64,000 nt of DNA. Source: an uncultured Verrucomicrobiales bacterium (GTDB lineage Bacteria > Verrucomicrobiota > Verrucomicrobiia > JADLBR01). Made by a program: the position numbers and the translations under genes. The stretch spans positions 967 to 64,966 of the forward strand of contig CAZYWZ010000016.1 in assembly GCA_964651705.1 (NCBI GenBank), in the 5' to 3' direction. Of this stretch, positions 27,167-35,799 are shown in pieces (position 1 is the stretch's first letter; each line of letters opens with the position of its first letter). The notes below the pieces were generated by a model. That model had not been told where the DNA came from. It saw only the letters and a list, made by a program, of their open reading frames with translations, and did no database searches.

Positions 27167-27585
27167 TGTTGGACAGTTCCGTTCTGATCGCCGCCGAGAG
27201 GGAGCGTTTCGACATGGAGGCGTTCATCGAGGCCGAGGCGCCGATGGAACCGGTATTCCTCTCCGTGGTCACCGCATCCGAGTTGTTGCACGGGGTGCAT
27301 CGGGCGACGGCCGAGCATCGTGCCAGAAGGGGGGCCTTTGTGGATGGCCTGCTCCGGGAGACCCCCACGCTGCCTTTCGACTTGCCCTGTGCGAGACGCC
27401 ACGCGGCGTTGTGGGCGGCCCTGGAAGGGGCCGGGGGCCGGATCGGTGCGCATGACATGCTGATCGCGGCGACCTGTCTGAGGTACGGGCATCGGCTGGC
27501 AACGCTCAACGAGGAGGAGTTTGGGCGGGTGGATGGCCTGTCCTTGGCCGACGCGCGATCGTACGCGAAAGCGCGCCAACCGTGA
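27157..27585 (+). CDS. vapC: PIN-domain toxin, VapC family (TA module 2)
   Basis: MGLMLDSSVLIAAE (Asp), VTASELLHG (Glu), GAHDMLIAATC (Asp), LATLNEEEF. 142 aa. ATG 27157 lies inside ORF-track entry 27049-27585. Confidence 0.8.
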   Translation: MGLMLDSSVLIAAERERFDMEAFIEAEAPMEPVFLSVVTASELLHGVHRATAEHRARRGAFVDGLLRETPTLPFDLPCARRHAALWAALEGAGGRIGAHDMLIAATCLRYGHRLATLNEEEFGRVDGLSLADARSYAKARQP

Positions 27586-27829
27586 GTGCGGGCAACGCCC
27601 CGCTTACAACAAAACGCCCCACAGACTCACCCTTCTTGGACCGCGAAAACACCCCCACAAAAGGGGCTGTAAGGCCTGTTTTCGACCCCCAAATCGAGGG
27701 CAGTCCCCGACGATGCAATCACTTGCCGTGGTCCGACCCCGATGAACGACCCGATGAACGGGGACCCCGATGGACGGCGAAAACGTAGATTCGACCACCG
27801 GATGGCCGCGAGCTAAGAAATGAGCCCAG

Positions 27830-30091
27830 ATGAGTGGCCGGCATGACATGACGGGCGAAGCTTTCGCCGCGACGATGACCCCCCCGCGATGCCCTGCGTC
27901 GCCCGGGCGGGCGGCTCATGCGCCGCGCAGGCGGGCGACGCGGTTCGCGGCTTGGGCGTGGATGGCCGGAGTGGCGATGGCGCATGGCGCGGATCTGTAC
28001 GTGTCCCCGGTGGGGAACGACGCGTGGTCGGGGAAAATCGCGGCGCCGAACGCGGGGAAGACGGACGGGCCGTTCCTCACGCTGGGTCGCGCCCGCGAGG
28101 CCGCGAGGGCGACGGGTCCCGGCACGACGGTGCACCTGCGGGGCGGGGATTATCCTCTGGCGGGGAGCTTTGAGCTGTCGGTCGCCGACTCGGGGACCAA
28201 GGGGAAGCCCGTCACGTACCGGAATTTCGGCAAAGAGGTGCCGAGGCTGACCTTGGGCATCGACGTGACCGATCGGCTCGCGCCGGTGACGGATGCGGCG
28301 GTGCGGGGGCGGTTGCAGGCCGCCGCCCGCGACCGCGTGAGGGAGCTCGACCTTGGTGCGATGGGCGTGGCGCACGGCGGCCCGTTCCCGGACCTGTTTG
28401 AGGGCGGGGGTGGGATCTTGGAGATCTATCATGCTGGGCGACGGCTGCCCATGGCGCGCTGGCCGAACTCGGGATACGTGACGATGGCGCGCGTGGTGAG
28501 CGGGAGCAGTCAGGTGAACGCCGGCGCGGGCGCCCCGCCCATTTTCGTTTATCGGGATGACCGGCATGCGGCCTGGGACGTCGCGGGAGGCGTTTGGATG
28601 GCGGGTTTCTGGCGGGTTCCGTGGACGATCCAGGCGGTGCGGGTCAAGGCCATCGACACTCGAGCGAAGACCGTGGAATTGGCGGCGCGCGTGCCCGGTG
28701 GCATCGGATCGAAATACGCGAAGGCCCAGGGATCGGGGCAGGAACCGTACTACGTTCTCAACGTGCTGGAGGAGGTGGATAGGCCGGGCGACTGGTGCAT
28801 CGACTTCGGCGCGAGAAAGCTGTACGTGCTCCCGCCGGAAGGGCGGCGTGGCAGGTTCGTCATCGCGGACATGGCCGACCCGATGGTGCGCGTGGCCGGG
28901 GCATCCAACCTGGTGCTGCGGGGCATCCTCTTCGACATCTCGCTGGGCGGCGGGGTGGTGATGGAGGATTGCTCCGACTGCGAGGTGTCCTCGTGCGTTT
29001 TCCGGAACCTCGGGTCGACGGCGGTCCAGGTGGCGGGGGGCGCGCGGGTGACGGTCTCCGGCTGCGACATGCACGATCTGGCGGAGGGCGGGGTGTCCGT
29101 GAGCGGCGGCGATAGGGCGACGCTGTCCCCGTGCGGGCATGTCGTCCGGAACAACGACATCCATCGCTATGGGATTCTCAAGAGGACCTATGCGCCGGGC
29201 ATCGATGTGGGTTTCGGGCGCTATGTGAAGGATTGGCGTCCCCCGGTGGGCGTGACGGTGGCCAACAACCGGATCCACGATGCGCCGCACGCGGGGATCC
29301 TATACGGGGGCAACGACAACGTGATCGAATATAACGAGTGTTACAATCTCGCCCTGGATTCCCACGACGTCGGCGCGCTCTATTCGGTCATGGACTGGAC
29401 GAGCTACGGGAACATCGTGCGCGGCAACTTCATCCACGATTCGCCCAACGCGAACGGCGTGTACCTGGACGACGGGGATAGCGGTGACCTGATCGAGGGC
29501 AACGTGATCGCGCGGGTGTCCGTCGGCGTATTCATCGGCGGCGGCCACGACAACGTCGCGCGCGACAACATCATGGTGGAGTGCAAGAAATCCGCCCTGC
29601 ACATCGATTCGCGCGGCACGAGTCGCGGGTATGACCTGTCGCACGACATCCTGTCGAACCGATTGGCGTCCGTCCCGTACGACGACCCGGTCTGGCGCGC
29701 CCGCTATCCCACGATGCCGGCGATCCTCAAGAACCCGGAACTGCCGACGGGAAACGTCATCGAGCGCAACGCGGCGGTGCGTTGCCCCAAGGTGATGAAT
29801 AAGTCGGGAAAGCCCGAGCATTTCCGTGATCTCGTGAACCGTGGCAACGAGGCATTCCAGGGCGATCCCGGATTCGCCAACGAGAAAGCGATGGATTACA
29901 GGCTGCGGCCGGGCAACAAGATCAGTGACCGCATCAAGGGGTTCAGGGCCTCGGCCATCGAACGGGCTGGCCTGGTGGTCGACGGGGATCGGGCGGCGAT
30001 CCCGCCGCGCGAGACGCCAGGGGCGGGGCGACGCATCGATTTTGATTCGACGGTGGACCTGGATGCCACGAACAGGCAGCGTCCGCGGTAG
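27830..30091 (+). CDS. Right-handed parallel beta-helix repeat protein (pectate-lyase fold), possible polysaccharide lyase or GH141-like enzyme
   Basis: Leader with RRRATRFAAWAWMAGVAMAHG. Mature N-terminus ADLYVSPVGNDAWSGK...DGPFLTLGRAREAAR, typical of beta-helix enzymes. PbH1-like repeats: VVRNNDIHRYG, VANNRIHDAPHAGILYGGNDNVIEYNECYN, IVRGNFIHDSP, IEGNVIARVSVGVFIGGGHDNVARDNI. Confidence 0.7.
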   Translation: MSGRHDMTGEAFAATMTPPRCPASPGRAAHAPRRRATRFAAWAWMAGVAMAHGADLYVSPVGNDAWSGKIAAPNAGKTDGPFLTLGRAREAARATGPGTTVHLRGGDYPLAGSFELSVADSGTKGKPVTYRNFGKEVPRLTLGIDVTDRLAPVTDAAVRGRLQAAARDRVRELDLGAMGVAHGGPFPDLFEGGGGILEIYHAGRRLPMARWPNSGYVTMARVVSGSSQVNAGAGAPPIFVYRDDRHAAWDVAGGVWMAGFWRVPWTIQAVRVKAIDTRAKTVELAARVPGGIGSKYAKAQGSGQEPYYVLNVLEEVDRPGDWCIDFGARKLYVLPPEGRRGRFVIADMADPMVRVAGASNLVLRGILFDISLGGGVVMEDCSDCEVSSCVFRNLGSTAVQVAGGARVTVSGCDMHDLAEGGVSVSGGDRATLSPCGHVVRNNDIHRYGILKRTYAPGIDVGFGRYVKDWRPPVGVTVANNRIHDAPHAGILYGGNDNVIEYNECYNLALDSHDVGALYSVMDWTSYGNIVRGNFIHDSPNANGVYLDDGDSGDLIEGNVIARVSVGVFIGGGHDNVARDNIMVECKKSALHIDSRGTSRGYDLSHDILSNRLASVPYDDPVWRARYPTMPAILKNPELPTGNVIERNAAVRCPKVMNKSGKPEHFRDLVNRGNEAFQGDPGFANEKAMDYRLRPGNKISDRIKGFRASAIERAGLVVDGDRAAIPPRETPGAGRRIDFDSTVDLDATNRQRPR

Positions 30092-30205
30092 TGCCGGGTG
30101 GCGGAAAACGAGGGGCATAACGGCTTCCTGACGCTCGACGGACGAACTACCATCCGAAACCAGCCGGGCGATGATCCCGCCCGCGCGATAGACATCTATG
30201 AGATC

Positions 30206-33200
30206 ATGAAACGGATCAGGTGGATACTCTTGGGACTGCTCGCCGTGACTCCGGCCGCATCCGCCGACGAGTTGGAAAGGCTATTTGAGTCGCCGCCGGA
30301 CTCGGCCAAGCCGGGCGTGATGTGGATGTGGATGGGGCGGAATGTGACCGCCGGGGGGATCACCCGCGATCTGGAGGCGCTCCACGACGCGGGATTTGGT
30401 CGCGTCCTCATGTTCAGCCTGTCCGACACCACGACGCCCTGGGCCGGAGAGATCGGCAACAGCCCGCACCCGGAAGTCACTGCCTGGACCGAGCCCTGGT
30501 GGCGACTGGTCCGGCACGCGGTCGAGGAATCGAAGCGGCTGGGCATCGATTTCGGGATGTTCAACGGCCCGTCGTATGAGACGAGCGGCGGGCCGTGGGT
30601 GAAGGTCGAGCACTCGATGCAGGAGGTGTGCTTCTCGCAGACACCGATGCGCGGCCCCGGCCGACTGACGCTCGATCTGCCGCGGCCGGCGGTCGATGCG
30701 CGCGCGGTGCAACTGTTTCCCCTGTACAATCCGAACACCGGGAAGGTCGAGAAACCGGAGATCCCCGAGCGCAAGACGTTCTATCGCGACATCGCCGTGC
30801 TGGCCATGGCGGCCGATGGAATCGTGGCGAAGGATGGGGTGATAGACCTGACCGGCAAGACGCATTGGGATGCGCCCGCGGGAGACTGGATCGTCTATCG
30901 CTTCGGCCACACGACGATGGGCACGCTGATCCAGCCGGCGCAGTGGAAGGCCACGGGATTCGAGTGCGACAAGATGAGCCCCGAGGCGGTGACGGCCCAC
31001 ATGAGCCACGTCATCGGCGAGATCAAGCACCATCTCGGGAAGCTGGTCGGTGACGCGTTCACGTTCGTGCACCTTGACAGCTACGAGGCGGGCCGACCGG
31101 GTTGGACGCCCCGGATGAGGGAGGAGTTCGCGGCGCGCCGCGGCTATGACATGACGCCGTTCTTGGCCACCTTCGCCAAACGCATCATCGGCGGCGCGGA
31201 AGAGACGGCGAAGTTCAGGGCGGACTTCGAGGACACCATCAAGGATCTCTACCGGGACGTGCATTTTGCGCTGACCTCGAAGATGCTGCGGGAGTCGGGG
31301 CTGGTATTCTCCTGCGAGCCCTACGGCGGCCCGTGGCGGCCCGACGAAGTGATGCCGCACGTCCATCGCGTGATGACGGAGTTCTGGACCAGCGGCGGGA
31401 AGTTCGTCGCCCGTCGCGACTTGCTGGAGACCGTGGCCGCGCTGCGCAAGTCGGGGCAGAACATCGTCGAGGCGGAGGCGTTCACCGGTAGCCCCCGCGA
31501 TAGCAAATGGAGCGAGACCCCCGCGTGGCTCAAGCCGATCGGCGATGGCGCCTACTGCGCCGGCGTGAACCGGCTCGTCCTCCACCGCTACGTCCCGCAG
31601 CCGTGGGATGACCGCTACAAGCCCGGCAACGCGATGGGGCAGTGGGGGACGCACTTCGACCGCACGCAAACCTGGTGGGAGCCGGGCAAGGCCATGGTGG
31701 AATACTGGCGGCGGTGCCAGGCGCTGCTGCAATGGGGCAAGCACAAGGGTGGCCCCGGGGATTTTGAAGTCATGGCGGCGGCGCCCGGGCTGCAAGTGAA
31801 AGCCATCCATCGGCAGGATGATCGGGCGGATGTCTATTTCGTCGCCAACACGGATCCGGGGGCCGCGGGCATGGCGACCTGCGCCTTTGCGGTGAGCGGC
31901 AAGCAGCCGGAACTGTGGGATCCCGTCCGGGGGACGCGGCGGCGGTTGCCGGATTTCGAGCAACGAGACGGCAGAACGCTCGTCCCGTTGCAGTTCGCCC
32001 CGGCCCAGAGTCATTTCATCGTGCTCCGGCAAGAGGCCGCGGCCGATCGGGGGCGAGGCCGGCCCAATTTCCCCGAGTTCCGATCGGTGGTCGACATCAC
32101 CGGGCCATGGCAGGTCAGCTTCGATTCCAAGTGGGGCGGCCCGGAGGTGCCGGTGGAATTCCCGACGTTGGAAGATTGGACCCGGCGGCCGGAGGCCGGC
32201 ATCCGTCACTATTCCGGCACGGCGACCTATCGCGCCACGTTCGACGGCGCATCCGGCGACAGGCTGGGGCTGGGGACCGTCCACGATCTCGCCCGCGTGC
32301 GGATCAATGGTCGGGACCTCGGGGTCGTCTGGTGTGCCCCGTGGGACATTGAGATCCCGATGGGGTTGCTCAAGCCGAAGGGAAACCGGATCGAGATCGA
32401 TGTGACCAACACCTGGGCGAACCGGCTGATCGGAGACGAGCAGGAGCCGCCGGATTGCGAGTGGGAGCGCGGACACATGGAAGCCCACGTCCGGGAAAAG
32501 ACCGGCAGGGAGATCCCCTATTGCGGCCAGTTCCTGAAGCGGTTTCCGGATTGGTTTCTCCGCGGCGAGCCCCGGCCGTCGAAAGGCCGCTATTGCTTCA
32601 CGACGTGGAATTATTTCCAGAAAGACTCGCCGCTGCGCCCCGCCGGCCTGCTCGGTCCGGTGAGGCTGTGTGTCGCATCGCAGAAGCCCAATATCCTCTT
32701 CATTCTTGCCGACGATCTGGGGTGGCGCGACACGGGGTGCTACGGCAGCGCTTTATATGAGACTCCCCACATCGACCGCCTCGCGGCTCGCGGATTGAGG
32801 CTGACGCGGGCTTATGCGGCGAGTCCGCTGTGTTCGCCGACGCGCGCGAGCATCCTCACCGGCCAGGATCCGGCCCGCATCGGCATCACCTGGCCGGCAT
32901 GCCATGAGGCGGTGGCCCAGTTGGAAAAGAAATTGGATCCGGGCGACCCGTCCATAAGGGTGCTCAATGCCCAGAGCCTCAACCGGCTGAAGCCGGAGTA
33001 TTTCACGCTCGCCGAAGCGCTTCGGGAGGCGGGTTATGCGACGGCCCACTTTGGAAAATGGCATCTTGGCTACAACGGCCCCTATGAGCCCAAAGACCAG
33101 GGCTTCGACCTCGATTTCCCCCACACGCCCGCCGCGCCTGGACCCGCCGGAGGCTATCTCGCCCCCTGGAAATTCATCCATGACCCCCCGCTGACCGGAG

Positions 33201-35641
33201 AGCCCGGCGAGCACATCGAGGACCGCATGTCCGGCGAGGCGGCGAAGTATATCTTAGAGCACAAGGATCGGCCCTTTTACCTGAACTATTGGGCCTACTC
33301 CGTTCACGCGCCGTTCAACGCCCGTCGGGATTACGTCGAGCGCTTCCGGCGGAAGGCCGACGAGAAGAACCCGCAGCACAATCCGTTGTATGCCGCGATG
33401 GTCAAGAGCCTCGACGACGCGGTGGGGCGCCTGATGCGTGCGGTGGACGATGCCGGGATCGCCGACCGCACCATCATCGTGTTCTTCTCCGACAACGGGG
33501 GCTACGTCGCCGCCCCGAAGACGACCGACCCGGAGGGGTTCGAGGGCGCTCCGGTCACGAGCAATGCCCCGCTGCGCGGGGGCAAGGGCTCGCTCTACGA
33601 GGGTGGCACCCGTGAGCCGTGCGTCGTTATCTGGCCGGGCAAGACGGAGGCCGGAGCGACCAGCGACGCCCTGTTTCATAGCACCGATTTCTACCCGACG
33701 CTGCTCGGCATGTGCGGGCTCAGACCGCGCGCCGGGCTTCAGATCGATGGTGTTGACCAGTCCGGCATGTTTCTCGGGCAGCCATCGCCGCGAGACCGCG
33801 TCTTCTGCCACTACCCGCACGGCAACGCGACCGGGGCCCGAGGCGCCGCCCGGATCGGGCTTCAGCCCGGCACCTATGTCCGCCGCGGCGACTGGAAGCT
33901 CATCCGGTTCTTCGCCGACAACGAGGACGGCAGCGATTGCCTCGAACTCTATAATCTGAAGGACGATCCCGGCGAAACGGATGACCTCGCCGCCGCACGG
34001 CCAGAGCTCGTCCGCGAGCTGAACGCGCTCATCTCTGGCTTTCTGGCCGATACCGATGCCGTCATCCCCGAACGAAATCCGAACTACAAAGGGCCGAAGG
34101 CAGAATCGTCGGCCGTGAGCGCCAGCGCGCGCGCCGCCGGGCCGTTGCAGGGCTGGGTGCCGCGCGATTGCAACGCGGCGGTCAAGGACGGACTTCTCTC
34201 CGTGACGGGCACGAACGCTGCGCCGTTTTTGGGCTTCGCCCTCGGGAAGCTCGGGCAGCCGGGCAAGTTGCGTTTCCGCGTCCGGGGCACTGTCGGCGAG
34301 GGAAGGCTCGTCTGGATGCCCGGTGTCGGCGCCCCGGCGACCGAGGTGAGATCCACGCCCTTCACGATGGCCGGCGAGACCTGGCACGTCGTCGCCGCCG
34401 ACCTTCCCGCGCCCCTGGGCAAAACGGGGCTCATGCGCCTATACCTCCCGGCGCACGAACGGCCCATCGCGATCGATTGGATCGAACTGGTATCCGGCGA
34501 CTCGATTCGGCGCTGGGATTTCGGAGGGGAGGCCGCGGGGGAGGGCATTCCGTCGGTCGGCGAGGAGAAAGGCTTAACGACACCCCCGCCCGCAACGAAT
34601 ATCACCTCATCCTGGCAGCGCGAGGCGACGCCGCTGCTTTCGGGATTCGTCAACATGTATAACCCCTGCGTGGTCGAGACCGGTGGCGAGTGGCGTTATC
34701 GCATGTGGTTCTTCGGCTGGGCGGCGCGTCACGCGAACGAGGGCATGGGCTGGGGATGCGATGCCGTATTTCACGCCCGCTCCCGCGACCTGAAGGGATG
34801 GGAGGTGTGGTGCGGTGAGGGGCGATGGGACGCCGCCATGGATCCCGAGCGATGGCGTCCCGTGCTGCATGCGAGCGAGCGCTGGTATGATAACTGGCAT
34901 AATGGCGATCCTTCGGTGGTCTTGGAGGGTGGTAGATTCTATATGGCCTACAGCGCCACATCGAAGCCGTTCGCGAAAACGGCGGGCTACCCCGCCGACA
35001 TGGTGCAGTGCATCATGGGCGCCACCTCAACCGACGGCATACGCTGGGAAAAGACAAGCCAGCCATTGCTCATCCGAAAGGAAGACACCGCCACGCCCAG
35101 CCCGGAGCCAGACCGCATCGGGGACTTCCATCGCCCCTGCCTGCGCCGCGAGGCGGGCGCGTGGAAATTGTGGTTCGACTACTGGGTGCCGGGAAAAGGC
35201 GTGTGCCTCGGGCTTGCGGTGAACCGCGGCGATTTCATGGGCGGCGGCGGCTTCGTCCTGCAGCACGACCCTGCCGAGCCCCTGCTGGCGAACTGGCCCA
35301 ATCCGGAGATAGTGCGCATCGGCGGGAGATGGCATTCCTTTGCCGATCCCGTTGGCTATCCCGTGCCGCCAGATACCAGGCCCGACGCCGCCCCCTGGCT
35401 GGGCCGCCAGTTGCGCGAGGCCGTGTCGGACGACGGCATCCATTGGCGGCTCATGGACTTCATTCCGCCGGATGACGATGCGCCCGCCTGCCACGTGCCG
35501 CAGGCTCTGGTGACCAGGGTGGACGGCCGCGATTGGTTGTATCTCTTCTACGCCACACAGAAGGGATACAGGCCGGATGGCGGACGCTATCACTACGAAT
35601 ACGACCGCATCCGCGCCATGAGACGGGAGGTCGCGCCTTGA
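30206..35641 (+). CDS. 1811-aa multi-module enzyme: GH106-like glycosidase with a galactose-binding-like domain (about 30206-32680), Cys-type sulfatase (about 32684-34090), beta-sandwich (about 34100-34530), beta-propeller GH-like domain (about 34600-35641)
   Basis: ATG 30206 gives the signal peptide MKRIRWILLGLLAVTPAASA.
- Module 1: FESPPDSAKPGVMWMWMG, and later HYSGTATYRATFDG...LARVRINGRDLGVVWCAPWDIEI...GNRIEIDVTNTWANRLIGD...GLLGPVRL. This is the architecture of rhamnosidase-type 'GH2 sugar-binding' proteins.
- Module 2: KPNILFILADDLGWRD, CSPTRASILTG (Cys codon at 32831), GKWHLG, FSDNGG, LYEGGTREP.
- Module 4: YNPCVVETGGEWRYRMWFFGW, NGDPSVVLEGGRFYMAYSAT, GATSTDGIRWEK, SDDGIHW.

The frame is open throughout. 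Confidence 0.8.
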   Translation: MKRIRWILLGLLAVTPAASADELERLFESPPDSAKPGVMWMWMGRNVTAGGITRDLEALHDAGFGRVLMFSLSDTTTPWAGEIGNSPHPEVTAWTEPWWRLVRHAVEESKRLGIDFGMFNGPSYETSGGPWVKVEHSMQEVCFSQTPMRGPGRLTLDLPRPAVDARAVQLFPLYNPNTGKVEKPEIPERKTFYRDIAVLAMAADGIVAKDGVIDLTGKTHWDAPAGDWIVYRFGHTTMGTLIQPAQWKATGFECDKMSPEAVTAHMSHVIGEIKHHLGKLVGDAFTFVHLDSYEAGRPGWTPRMREEFAARRGYDMTPFLATFAKRIIGGAEETAKFRADFEDTIKDLYRDVHFALTSKMLRESGLVFSCEPYGGPWRPDEVMPHVHRVMTEFWTSGGKFVARRDLLETVAALRKSGQNIVEAEAFTGSPRDSKWSETPAWLKPIGDGAYCAGVNRLVLHRYVPQPWDDRYKPGNAMGQWGTHFDRTQTWWEPGKAMVEYWRRCQALLQWGKHKGGPGDFEVMAAAPGLQVKAIHRQDDRADVYFVANTDPGAAGMATCAFAVSGKQPELWDPVRGTRRRLPDFEQRDGRTLVPLQFAPAQSHFIVLRQEAAADRGRGRPNFPEFRSVVDITGPWQVSFDSKWGGPEVPVEFPTLEDWTRRPEAGIRHYSGTATYRATFDGASGDRLGLGTVHDLARVRINGRDLGVVWCAPWDIEIPMGLLKPKGNRIEIDVTNTWANRLIGDEQEPPDCEWERGHMEAHVREKTGREIPYCGQFLKRFPDWFLRGEPRPSKGRYCFTTWNYFQKDSPLRPAGLLGPVRLCVASQKPNILFILADDLGWRDTGCYGSALYETPHIDRLAARGLRLTRAYAASPLCSPTRASILTGQDPARIGITWPACHEAVAQLEKKLDPGDPSIRVLNAQSLNRLKPEYFTLAEALREAGYATAHFGKWHLGYNGPYEPKDQGFDLDFPHTPAAPGPAGGYLAPWKFIHDPPLTGEPGEHIEDRMSGEAAKYILEHKDRPFYLNYWAYSVHAPFNARRDYVERFRRKADEKNPQHNPLYAAMVKSLDDAVGRLMRAVDDAGIADRTIIVFFSDNGGYVAAPKTTDPEGFEGAPVTSNAPLRGGKGSLYEGGTREPCVVIWPGKTEAGATSDALFHSTDFYPTLLGMCGLRPRAGLQIDGVDQSGMFLGQPSPRDRVFCHYPHGNATGARGAARIGLQPGTYVRRGDWKLIRFFADNEDGSDCLELYNLKDDPGETDDLAAARPELVRELNALISGFLADTDAVIPERNPNYKGPKAESSAVSASARAAGPLQGWVPRDCNAAVKDGLLSVTGTNAAPFLGFALGKLGQPGKLRFRVRGTVGEGRLVWMPGVGAPATEVRSTPFTMAGETWHVVAADLPAPLGKTGLMRLYLPAHERPIAIDWIELVSGDSIRRWDFGGEAAGEGIPSVGEEKGLTTPPPATNITSSWQREATPLLSGFVNMYNPCVVETGGEWRYRMWFFGWAARHANEGMGWGCDAVFHARSRDLKGWEVWCGEGRWDAAMDPERWRPVLHASERWYDNWHNGDPSVVLEGGRFYMAYSATSKPFAKTAGYPADMVQCIMGATSTDGIRWEKTSQPLLIRKEDTATPSPEPDRIGDFHRPCLRREAGAWKLWFDYWVPGKGVCLGLAVNRGDFMGGGGFVLQHDPAEPLLANWPNPEIVRIGGRWHSFADPVGYPVPPDTRPDAAPWLGRQLREAVSDDGIHWRLMDFIPPDDDAPACHVPQALVTRVDGRDWLYLFYATQKGYRPDGGRYHYEYDRIRAMRREVAP

Positions 35642-35799
35642 GATCCGCACTGGCCCTGGCGAGGGGATCCCGGCTTCGCCGGAAGGAAAAGCGGTGTCGC
35701 CGCTGCGCTCTGCCACCGCAGTCCAAAATGGGTCGCCCCGTCGCATGGAGCGGCGCCTTCCTTTGAAGATAGGCGCGCAACCCCGACCAAAGCGGAGTT

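Noticed and set aside
35642-35799. Possible bidirectional terminator between the convergent giant genes
   Set aside because: Only short, imperfect GC stems were visible (for example GGCGAGG...CTTCGCC), with no convincing stem-loop or U-tract. There is not enough support to call a feature.
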